The notes under the pieces were generated by a model. That model was not told where the DNA came from. It worked only from the letters and a program-made list of their open reading frames with translations, and searched no databases. A stretch of 33,723 nt of DNA from Burkholderiaceae bacterium (lineage in GTDB: Bacteria; Pseudomonadota; Gammaproteobacteria; Burkholderiales; Burkholderiaceae), in assembly GCA_947457745.1 (NCBI GenBank), contig CANGWT010000001.1:1-33723 (forward strand), written 5' to 3'. Below are positions 1 through 7,846 of this stretch, in pieces. A program made the translations under genes and the position numbers. Positions within the stretch are counted from its first letter, which is position 1. Each line of letters starts with the position of its first letter.

Positions 1-5
1 CCTCA

Positions 6-458
6 ATGCAAATCATTCTTTTAGAAAAAGTAATTAACCTGGGCAACCTCGGTGACATCGTTCGTGTTAAAGACGGTTACGCTCGTAATTTCCTAATCCC
101 ACAACGTAAAGCCCGTCGTGCAACTGAAACAGCTATCGCTGACTTTGCAGTACGTCGCGCTGAATTGGAAAAGTTGGCTGCTGAGAAGTTGGCTGCTGCG
201 CAAGCGGTTGGCGCAAAGCTTAAAGACCTGGTTCTCGAAATCGGTCAAAAAGCCGGTGTTGACGGTCGTTTGTTTGGTTCTGTGACGAACCATGACATCG
301 CTGATGCTTTGAAAGCAAAAGGCTTTGTAATCGAAAAAGCTTCTGTACGTATGCCTACTGGCCCGTTGAAGATGGTTGGTGATCACCCTGTAGCGGTAGC
401 TGTTCATACCGATGTAGTGGCTGACATCACTATCCGTGTAGTTGGCGAGCAAGCGTAA
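6..458 (+). CDS. rplI: 50S ribosomal protein L9
   Basis: 150 aa; N-terminal [27 protein letters not shown] and GRLFGSVT motifs; directly upstream of dnaB. Confidence 0.98.
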   Translation: MQIILLEKVINLGNLGDIVRVKDGYARNFLIPQRKARRATETAIADFAVRRAELEKLAAEKLAAAQAVGAKLKDLVLEIGQKAGVDGRLFGSVTNHDIADALKAKGFVIEKASVRMPTGPLKMVGDHPVAVAVHTDVVADITIRVVGEQA

Positions 459-482
459 GTTTTAGATCTGTAATCTAGCCAC

Positions 483-2978
483 ATGGCTGAATCCCGCTCA
501 CGCTCCCTGATGTCAAATCCTGGCATGATGGGTTCTGGGGATTCAGCCTTGCAGGCATTAAAAGTACCGCCGCATTCTGTAGAAGCCGAGCAATCTTTGC
601 TCGGCGGTCTACTGATCGACAACACAGCCTGGGATCGCTTAGGTGGTGTGTTAACTGATAAAGATTTCTATCGCCCTGAACATGCTCTGATCTATAAGGT
701 CATTCAGCGTTTAGTTGGCGACAATCATCCTGCTGACGTCATTACTGTTCATGAGGCTGTTAAGTCCGAGCAAGGTGGCGATTTAGTTGGTATTGATTAC
801 CTTAATTCATTAGCGCAAAGCACTCCGAGTGCAGCGAACATCCGAGGCTATGCCGATATTGTTCGTGATCGCAGCATTCTGCGTCGCCTAATTGAAGTAT
901 CTGACAATATTGTGAACTCTGCATTTGTTCCGGAAGGTCGTTCTGTAAGAACGCTTTTGGATGAAGCGGAGTCACGCATTCTGCAAATTGGTGAAGATGG
1001 TAGTCGTAAAGCTGATTACCTAGAAATCGAGCCATTACTTAAAACCGTTGTTGCCCGCATTGACGAACTCTATAACCGTCAAGGCGGAAGTGACATCACC
1101 GGCATTGCAACAGGTTTTATTGATCTAGATAAACAAACCAGCGGCTTACAAAAAGGCGACTTGGTGATTGTTGCTGGTAGACCATCGATGGGTAAAGCGC
1201 AGCCACTTGATGCCAAAGTAAAAACAGTTGATGGCTGGAAGTTGATGGGTGACTTACGTTTTGGTGATCGCCTTGCCTCTGTGGATGGCCAGCATTCTAT
1301 GGTGACCGGCATCTATCCGCAAGGCATTAAACAGATTTACAAAGTCACATTCTCTGATGGTCGTGAAGCTGAGTGCTGCAATGAACATCTATGGCGCGTC
1401 ATGTATCGCGATTGGGATGCGCCCAAAGTCATTAATACTGAGCATTTAATTGAAATGCTTTCTTGTGTTCGCTATAAGAATCGTCTGTGGATAGATCCAG
1501 TTTCGGGTGATTTTGGTCACTCCAATACATTGCCAATAAACCCATGGGTTTTGGGTGCACTGCTTGGTGATGGAGCTTTGGCCTTGTCTCACGGTAGCGT
1601 GATGTTCTCAACTAAATCTCCTGAGCTTATTGAACGCATGAATGCCCTGGCTAGCTATGAGATGGAGTTGGTTCATGCCAACGCATACGACTGGAGATTA
1701 GTCTCCAAAGCCAGAATCGCTGCTAATGGTCAGCGTCAGTCTGTGCCAACAAATTACTTTCGCTCTGCCTTACAAGATTTAGGTGTATTGGGCTGTAGAA
1801 GTTTTGATAAATATATTCCCGCCACTTATCTTGAGGCAAACAAGACTTCCCGTCTCGCGCTGTTTCAGGGTTTGATGGACACTGATGGCTGGATTGAGAA
1901 GTGGGGCTCTATTCGTTTTTGTACTGTAAGCAAGCAATTATCAGAAGACCTTGCCTCTTTGGCTAGATCATTGGGCGGCTTCTGCTCAATCGCAGAAAAA
2001 CAATCCAACTACACCTACAAGGGTGAAAAAAAGCAGGGTCGTTTGGCTTACGTTTTGAGCATGAGTTTCGGCCCTGGCTTTCAAGCATTTACTTTGCCCG
2101 AAAAGAAAGAAAGACTCAGGGCGAGCTGGGCTCGTCAACGCAGACTTTCATTTAAGAGTATTGAGCCTTCTAGAGTGACTGAGGCTCAATGTATTTCCGT
2201 TAGTCACCCAGATAGAACCTATGTCACCAATGATTATGTGGTGACCCACAACACTGCATTTGCGCTCAATATCGCCGAGAACGTAGCGCTAGCCGAGGGA
2301 TTGCCGGTCGTCGTGTTCTCCATGGAGATGTCCGGTGAGCAATTGGCATCTCGTTTATTGGGTTCGGTAGGGCGCGTTGACCAAAGTCGTATGCGTACAG
2401 GCAAGCTTCAAGATGATGAGTGGCCACGTGTCACAGATGCGATTGCCCGTTTAAGCAATACCCAAATTTTGATTGATGAGACTGGCGCTCTTTCAAGTTT
2501 AGAGTTGCGTGCACGTGCACGTCGTATTGCTCGTAATTTTGGTGGAACACTTGGCCTTGTTGTAATTGACTACTTGCAATTGATGAGTGGCTCTGGTTCT
2601 GAGAATCGCGCAACGGAAATCTCAGAAATCTCACGCTCACTAAAATCACTCGCAAAAGAATTGCAGTGCCCAGTAGTTGCTCTCTCACAGTTAAACCGTG
2701 GTCTTGAGCAACGCCCTAATAAGCGCCCAATCATGTCGGATTTGCGTGAGTCAGGCGCAATCGAGCAAGACGCTGACTTAATTATGTTCATCTATCGTGA
2801 TGAGGTGTATCACCCAGATACAACTCAAGATAAAGGTATGGCAGAGATCATTATTGGCAAGCAGCGTAATGGACCAATTGGGACTGTGCGCTTGAGTTGG
2901 CAGGGTCCTTATACCAAGTTCGACAACTTGGCGATGGGATCAGTTGGCTACTCTTCTGGTGGGTATGAACCGTTTTAA
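483..2978 (+). CDS. dnaB: Replicative DNA helicase DnaB, intein-containing precursor (479-aa extein after splicing)
   Basis: PPHSVEAEQSLLGGLL N-terminus; Walker A GRPSMGK/T split by an insertion; FSMEM, IDYLQL, SQLNR, DLRESGAIEQDAD and KQRNGP motifs. Confidence 0.98.
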   Translation: MAESRSRSLMSNPGMMGSGDSALQALKVPPHSVEAEQSLLGGLLIDNTAWDRLGGVLTDKDFYRPEHALIYKVIQRLVGDNHPADVITVHEAVKSEQGGDLVGIDYLNSLAQSTPSAANIRGYADIVRDRSILRRLIEVSDNIVNSAFVPEGRSVRTLLDEAESRILQIGEDGSRKADYLEIEPLLKTVVARIDELYNRQGGSDITGIATGFIDLDKQTSGLQKGDLVIVAGRPSMGKAQPLDAKVKTVDGWKLMGDLRFGDRLASVDGQHSMVTGIYPQGIKQIYKVTFSDGREAECCNEHLWRVMYRDWDAPKVINTEHLIEMLSCVRYKNRLWIDPVSGDFGHSNTLPINPWVLGALLGDGALALSHGSVMFSTKSPELIERMNALASYEMELVHANAYDWRLVSKARIAANGQRQSVPTNYFRSALQDLGVLGCRSFDKYIPATYLEANKTSRLALFQGLMDTDGWIEKWGSIRFCTVSKQLSEDLASLARSLGGFCSIAEKQSNYTYKGEKKQGRLAYVLSMSFGPGFQAFTLPEKKERLRASWARQRRLSFKSIEPSRVTEAQCISVSHPDRTYVTNDYVVTHNTAFALNIAENVALAEGLPVVVFSMEMSGEQLASRLLGSVGRVDQSRMRTGKLQDDEWPRVTDAIARLSNTQILIDETGALSSLELRARARRIARNFGGTLGLVVIDYLQLMSGSGSENRATEISEISRSLKSLAKELQCPVVALSQLNRGLEQRPNKRPIMSDLRESGAIEQDADLIMFIYRDEVYHPDTTQDKGMAEIIIGKQRNGPIGTVRLSWQGPYTKFDNLAMGSVGYSSGGYEPF
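1197..2252 (+). mobile_element. Intein (352 aa, class 3-type, Ala1) with LAGLIDADG homing endonuclease, inserted in the DnaB P-loop
   Basis: Starts AQPLDAKV after GK and ends VVTHN before Thr+1; block B EHLW, block F AQCISV, block G THN; LAGLIDADG motifs LGALLGDG and FQGLMDTDG; removal restores GRPSMGKTAFALNIA. Confidence 0.95.
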
Positions 2979-3006
2979 AGTAGATTAAAGACCAGATTCG
3001 GTAGAC

Positions 3007-3038
3007 AAGGGTTTGCATTTGCAAGCCCTTTATCATTT
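3007..3038 (+). terminator. Intrinsic terminator candidate after dnaB
   Basis: Stem AAGGGTTTGC / GCAAGCCCTT (one G-U pair), loop ATTT, followed by a T-rich tail. Confidence 0.6.
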
Positions 3039-3132
3039 AAAGAGTCAGTCAGCTATCCTAGCCTCTGATTTTTTATTTCGGTTATGCTATTTAAAATTTA
3101 AAACCCTGTATAAATCTGAATACTGAATCAAA

Positions 3133-4440
3133 ATGATTTCTTTAGATAGCTTTTGGATGCCATTTACCCCGAATCGAGAGTTCAAAACGGCTCCTCGTTT
3201 AGTGAGCTCAGCATCAGGGGTGACTTATCAAACAGACGATGGACGAAGTATTTTGGATGGTACATCCGGATTATGGTGTGTTGGGGCGGGGCATAGTCAT
3301 CCCAAAATTTCGGAGGCTATGAAGACCCAAATCGACAAACTAGATTTTGCATCTAGCTTTCAAGTTAGCCACCCCAGCGCTTTTCAACTTGCTGACCGTA
3401 TTGCCTCAATCGCACCACCAGGTTTAGATAGAGTCTTTCTAGTTAATAGCGGTTCTGAGGCGTGTGACACTGCCATGAAGTTAGCCTTAGCTTATTGGCG
3501 CGTATGCGGACAGGGGCAGCGTAATTTATTTATTGGTCGTGAGCGTGGCTTTCACGGCGTTGGTTTTGGTGGCATATCTGTTGGGGGCATGGTGAATAAT
3601 CGCAATGCTTTCGGAACATCATTGTTGCGCACTGATCATCTACGCTCCACATGGGATGCAACAAACCAGGCATTTATTCGGGGTCAACCAGAGCTTGGTA
3701 TTGAAATGGCTGATGAACTCGAAAGTAGAATCATTGCTCTGCATGGTGCCGGTAATATTGCAGCTGTAATAATTGAACCCATTGCATGCTCCACAGGAGT
3801 GCTAGTTCCGCCTAAGGGTTATTTAAAGCGGATACGAGAAATTTGTGATCGCCATCAACTCTTACTCATTTTCGATGAGGTAATTACTGGTTTTGGCCGC
3901 ACTGGAAATATGTTTGCCTCGACAACTTTTGATGTTGTGCCAGACATGATTCTATTTGCTAAAACAGTCACTAATGGCGCCGCTCCCTTGGGAGGCGTGA
4001 TTGTGAAACGCTCTATTCATGATGCCTTAATGCAGGGCCCTCCTCATCTAGCGGAGTTGATGCATGGCTACACTTGCTCTGGACATCCTTTATCTTGCGC
4101 GGCAGCGCTAGCGATGATTGATGTGATCGAGAATGAGGGTCTCATCGATCAAGTAAATACCTTATCTCCTTATTTTGAAGAGGTTGTCCATTCTTTAGGC
4201 GAGCTTGATCAAGTGATCAGTGTCCGCAATTTTGGATTAGCGGCGGGGATTGAGTTAAGAGCTAAGGAGGGGGCCATTGGCCAACGTGGTGCTCAGGCTC
4301 AGGCTCTAGCATTTGAGAAAGGGGTTTTAACACGTGCTCCTGGAGACACTCTCGTATTAGCGCCACCCTTCATTACCACGCGCGCGCAAATTAATCAGAT
4401 GATCGATGCATTTAGAAAAGCCATTGTCGAAATCGATTAA
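3133..4440 (+). CDS. Class III PLP-dependent aminotransferase (omega-amino acid/beta-alanine:pyruvate transaminase-like)
   Basis: FWMPFTPNR, DGTSGLWC, NSGSEA, FDEVITGFGRTG, catalytic Lys in FAKTVTNG, and HGYT.SGHP motifs. Confidence 0.9.
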   Translation: MISLDSFWMPFTPNREFKTAPRLVSSASGVTYQTDDGRSILDGTSGLWCVGAGHSHPKISEAMKTQIDKLDFASSFQVSHPSAFQLADRIASIAPPGLDRVFLVNSGSEACDTAMKLALAYWRVCGQGQRNLFIGRERGFHGVGFGGISVGGMVNNRNAFGTSLLRTDHLRSTWDATNQAFIRGQPELGIEMADELESRIIALHGAGNIAAVIIEPIACSTGVLVPPKGYLKRIREICDRHQLLLIFDEVITGFGRTGNMFASTTFDVVPDMILFAKTVTNGAAPLGGVIVKRSIHDALMQGPPHLAELMHGYTCSGHPLSCAAALAMIDVIENEGLIDQVNTLSPYFEEVVHSLGELDQVISVRNFGLAAGIELRAKEGAIGQRGAQAQALAFEKGVLTRAPGDTLVLAPPFITTRAQINQMIDAFRKAIVEID

Positions 4441-4480
4441 AGATTTTCCTCGGCTAGGCAACAGAAAAACTGATTTCAAT

Positions 4481-4505
4481 AAAAAAACCTCGCTATGCGA
4501 GGCTC
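4481..4505 (-). terminator. Intrinsic terminator for the minus-strand small repeat-protein gene
   Basis: Minus strand reads GAGCCTCGC-ATA-GCGAGG followed by T7; lies between convergent genes. Confidence 0.7.
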
Positions 4506-4527
4506 TTAAAATTGGGGTGTAAAGTAT

Positions 4528-4794
4528 TTATTTATCGCCTTCACACTTTTTGATGGATGCAGCTTTGGCGGCGCCATAGAGTGGCTTGCCGTCTTTACTG
4601 ACGGCTTTAGCTTCGCAATCATTGGGCTTGGCATCACCCATGCATTTCTTGATTGAGGCATCTTTCGCTGCTCCATAAAGCGGTTTACCTTCTTTGCTAA
4701 GTGCTTTAGCTTCACAAGCTGCTTGATCTGCAAAAGCAATAGATGGAATTGCAAAACTAAATGCAATGCTTAATGTGATGATGATTTTTTTCAT
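4528..4794 (-). CDS. Small secreted protein with two Cys-bounded repeats (PsiF-like)
   Basis: AGGAG RBS upstream of the ATG at 4794; signal peptide MKKIIITLSIAFSFAIPSIAFA; two C-X23-C repeats containing L.GAAK.ASIKKC. Confidence 0.8.
   Translation of the reverse strand: MKKIIITLSIAFSFAIPSIAFADQAACEAKALSKEGKPLYGAAKDASIKKCMGDAKPNDCEAKAVSKDGKPLYGAAKAASIKKCEGDK
4543..4716 (-). repeat. Intragenic tandem duplication: 2 x 75 bp (4543-4617 and 4642-4716)
   Basis: CEAKALSKEGKPLYGAAKDASIKKC versus CEAKAVSKDGKPLYGAAKAASIKKC, separated by an 8-aa linker. Confidence 0.9.
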
Positions 4795-4908
4795 ACGAGC
4801 CACTCCTAAATAAATATTCTAAAGAACCCATTGTTCTATTTAGAAATGTAAACAATATTCAGGGTTTTGGGAATACGGTGTTAATGCTATCAGCTGAAAG
4901 GCTAATAA

Positions 4909-5439
4909 TTAAGGCGTTAATCTTCTGGCTTCAGTAAACCGTGCTGCCCAATAGGGGGTAGTGATGTACTCTAGGCGTACAGTTCCACCAGCGCTTGGAG
5001 CATGTACAAATCTACCTTGACCTACATAGATGCCTGCATGTGAATACTTTGTGCCAGTAGTGTTGAAGAAGACGAGGTCTCCTGGTGCAGGTGGACCGCT
5101 ATCTACACTTTGACCACGATTGCTCATCTCTTGAATTGTCCTTGGTAACTTGATGTTTGCAGACTTGTTATAGACATACGCTATTAATCCACTGCAATCA
5201 AACCCTCCGTTAGGATTGTTGCCACCATAGCGATAGGGTACGCCCACTAACCCCACTGCAGCAATCGAGATATCTTCAGTTCCCACGCTAGTATCTTGTT
5301 TGAACTGGCTAACTTTAGCCGCACTATTCTTTGAGCCAAGGCTATTACACCCCGCAAGCGAGAGGAGGGTGTAAATAAAAATGCCGTACCCCATCAGAGT
5401 GCGGCATGAAAAAGTTTGCTTAGAGTGCGTCAGCAGCAT
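4909..5439 (-). CDS. NlpC/P60 (C40) cell-wall peptidase, probable lipoprotein
   Basis: LAGC lipobox; PYRYGG...GFDCSGL catalytic Cys; PGDLVFF; HAGIY..FVHA. Start uncertain (ATG 5439 or 5394). Confidence 0.9.
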   Translation of the reverse strand: MLLTHSKQTFSCRTLMGYGIFIYTLLSLAGCNSLGSKNSAAKVSQFKQDTSVGTEDISIAAVGLVGVPYRYGGNNPNGGFDCSGLIAYVYNKSANIKLPRTIQEMSNRGQSVDSGPPAPGDLVFFNTTGTKYSHAGIYVGQGRFVHAPSAGGTVRLEYITTPYWAARFTEARRLTP

Positions 5440-7096
5440 GATCCGCAAGACGTGAACGCTCACCGCGAGCTAGAGTCACATGCCCACCATGACGCCAGCC
5501 CTTGAAGCGATCCACCACATAAGTTAGGCCTGAAGAGCCTTCGGTTAAGTAAGGTGTATCGATCTGAGCAATATTACCCAAGCAAATAATCTTAGTTCCT
5601 GGGCCCGCCCGAGTAACTAAGGTTTTCATTTGCTTTGGAGTTAAATTCTGCGCCTCATCAATAATCACAAACTTACTGACAAAAGTTCTGCCGCGCATGA
5701 AGTTCATGCTCTTTACTTTAATGCGTGAACGAATCAATTCTTGTGTAGCAGCACGACCCCATTCGCCTGCACTACCATCTTCATTACGTTGTAGCACCTC
5801 AAGGTTGTCATCAAATGCACCCATCCAAGGCTGCATCTTCTCTTCTTCAGTACCCGGTAAAAAGCCAATATCTTCACCTACCGGAACAGTGGCCCGGGTA
5901 ATAATGATCTCGTTATAGCGCTTACTATCCAATACCTGCTCAAGACCGGCAGCTAGTGCCAGCAAGGTTTTACCAGTACCCGCTTGCCCCAGTAATGTAA
6001 TGAAATCCACATCTGGGTTCATGAGTAGATTCATGGCAAAGTTTTGTTCGCGATTGCGTGCTGTCACACTCCATACATTATTTTTCTGATGAGAAAAGTC
6101 CCTCAAGGTTTGGAGGAGGGCGGTCTTACCGTTGATCTCTTTGACTTGGGCATAGAACGGTGTTGATCCATCTGGGTTTTCTTGATAGACAAACTCATTC
6201 ACTAACATACTGGGAACTGAAGGTCCGGTTACACGATAAAACATTGTTCCTGATTTGCCGTCAGCCCAACTCTCCATATCCTTTCCATGCTTTGGCCAAA
6301 AGTCTGCAGGTAGTGCCATAACGCCTGAATACATTAAGTCACGATCTTCTAAGACTTGGTCATTGAAGTAATCTTCAGCGGGTAAACCAAGAGCGCGAGC
6401 CTTAATGCGCATATTGATATCTTTGGATACCAGAACAACTTCTTGACCTTTGCGTGTCTTTTGAAGCTCGCTCACCACTGCCAAGATGAGGTTATCGCCC
6501 TTCCCTTCAGGCAAGCCCTCTGGTAGTGCTTGGGTAGTCAGCTTTGTCTGGAAAAAGAGTCGACCAGACACATCTTGATTACCAAGCTTATTAAGTGGAA
6601 TGCCATCATCTAATGTGCCACTGGTACCTGCTACCAATTGATCTAAGGAGCGGCTTACTGTGCGGGCGTTGCGAGCAACCTCCGTCATACCCTTCTTGTG
6701 GTTGTCCAATTCCTCAAGAGTAGTCATTGGTAAGAAGAGATCATGTTCAGAGAAGCGAAACAGAGAGCTTGGATCATGCATTAACACATTGGTATCTAAG
6801 ACGAATAGACTCGGAGGGCCGGTACGAATAATGCGCTTTGGTTTTTCTGGAACAGTTGCCATTTTGTTATCGCTGCGCACACTTCGCACAACCACTGGGT
6901 TATGGTCGCTTTTGATTTTCTCAAGCGCTACTTCAGCAGCGGAAAGATCTTCCTCTACATCTGTTGCCCAATCTAGCGCATGACCATCCATCACAACACT
7001 TTTTGCTGGCGCAGGACGTTTCTTTAAATTCGGGGTGTCCTTGCTAGTAATGTTTACTTGGCCAGCAATTTGAGTTGGGATTGGGGGCAATGGCAT
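5420..7096 (-). CDS. phoH: PIN-domain PhoH-family ATPase (PhoH2/YlaK-like)
   Basis: PIN motif FVLDTNVLMHDP...EELD; Walker A GQAGTGKT; IGFLPG..EEKM.PW, RGRT and IIDEAQN motifs; RBS AGGAGAG before the ATG at 7096. Confidence 0.92.
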   Translation of the reverse strand: MPLPPIPTQIAGQVNITSKDTPNLKKRPAPAKSVVMDGHALDWATDVEEDLSAAEVALEKIKSDHNPVVVRSVRSDNKMATVPEKPKRIIRTGPPSLFVLDTNVLMHDPSSLFRFSEHDLFLPMTTLEELDNHKKGMTEVARNARTVSRSLDQLVAGTSGTLDDGIPLNKLGNQDVSGRLFFQTKLTTQALPEGLPEGKGDNLILAVVSELQKTRKGQEVVLVSKDINMRIKARALGLPAEDYFNDQVLEDRDLMYSGVMALPADFWPKHGKDMESWADGKSGTMFYRVTGPSVPSMLVNEFVYQENPDGSTPFYAQVKEINGKTALLQTLRDFSHQKNNVWSVTARNREQNFAMNLLMNPDVDFITLLGQAGTGKTLLALAAGLEQVLDSKRYNEIIITRATVPVGEDIGFLPGTEEEKMQPWMGAFDDNLEVLQRNEDGSAGEWGRAATQELIRSRIKVKSMNFMRGRTFVSKFVIIDEAQNLTPKQMKTLVTRAGPGTKIICLGNIAQIDTPYLTEGSSGLTYVVDRFKGWRHGGHVTLARGERSRLADHAADAL

Positions 7097-7108
7097 GCAG
7101 ACTCTCCT

Positions 7109-7146
7109 AAAAGAAAAAACCGTCAAGCAGGTTGCAATGACGGTTT
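7109..7146 (-). terminator. Intrinsic terminator in the phoH leader (attenuator-like position)
   Basis: 9-bp stem AAACCGTCA/TGACGGTTT (7117-7125 with 7138-7146) followed on the minus strand by TTTCTTTT, ending at the phoH RBS. Confidence 0.75.
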
Positions 7147-7270
7147 ATAACGAAACTGGGTGTAAAACGATCTGTAAAACGGCGGGGGTTGTTTACCGAG
7201 CCTGCTCTTAAGTGTTTAGGCTGATGAGTCAAACGGATTGTGAGACTTTCCCGTCGTTTACGGTGCATAT
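7109..7270 (-). ncRNA. Candidate structured leader RNA or sRNA upstream of phoH
   Basis: Bounded by a predicted promoter and terminator; hand-predicted three-way junction; no Rfam family recognised. Confidence 0.4.
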
Positions 7271-7275
7271 GAACT

Positions 7276-7303
7276 ACTTTACCCCAAATTTTGGGCTTTG
7301 CAA
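7276..7303 (-). promoter_or_regulatory. Sigma70-like promoter for the phoH leader
   Basis: TTGCAA-16 nt-TAAAGT on the minus strand with an AT-rich upstream tract. Confidence 0.5.
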
Positions 7304-7330
7304 GTGCCCCAGATTAAATTAATTTAAAAA

Positions 7331-7798
7331 TTATTTAGTTGCTTGAGCTGCTTGTAATACCTCTGTCACATGTCCAGGTACCTTAATGCCACGCCACTCT
7401 TTTACCAGCTTGCCTGAAGAGTCAAAGAGGAAGGTGCTGCGCTCTACGCCACGAACTTGTTTGCCATACATGTTCTTCATTTTCATTACGCCAAATAGCT
7501 GGCATAGAGTTTCTTCGGTATCGGCAACAAGTTCGAATGGCAGCTCCAGCTTGCTTCGGAAGTTGTCATGAGATTTGACGCTATCCCGAGATACGCCAAC
7601 GATTAAGGTGTTGGCTTTGGTGAAGGCGTCAATGTTATCCCGAAATTCACCAGACTCCGCGGTGCAACCTGGAGTCATATCTTTTGGATAAAAGTAGACA
7701 ACCAGTTTTTTGCCTTTGGCTGAGTCTGGGGTGAAAGTCAATCCTGATGTTGCTGGGATTGCACATTGGGGCATTGGTTTACCAATTTCTACTGTCAT
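7331..7798 (-). CDS. bcp: Peroxiredoxin BCP/PrxQ
   Basis: YFYPKDMTPGCTAE active-site motif, GVSRD and ERSTFL. Confidence 0.93.
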   Translation of the reverse strand: MTVEIGKPMPQCAIPATSGLTFTPDSAKGKKLVVYFYPKDMTPGCTAESGEFRDNIDAFTKANTLIVGVSRDSVKSHDNFRSKLELPFELVADTEETLCQLFGVMKMKNMYGKQVRGVERSTFLFDSSGKLVKEWRGIKVPGHVTEVLQAAQATK

Positions 7799-7846
7799 GA
7801 TAGGACTCTCTTATTTAACTTTATATATTACGAATTCTGAGCTTAC

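Noticed and set aside
3106-3125. CTGTATAAAT, a LexA-like half-site upstream of the aminotransferase
   Set aside because: No ACAG at the 8-nt spacing
4543-4716. Repeat as a CRISPR-like array
   Set aside because: Only two coding copies with synonymous divergence, and no cas genes
7190-7262. Similarity of the phoH leader to SAH (CAGGCUCGG) and c-di-GMP-I (GCCUAAAC) riboswitch words
   Set aside because: The other required conserved elements (GAGGAGCGCUGC; GGCAAA...GACGCAAA) are absent, so no family was assigned
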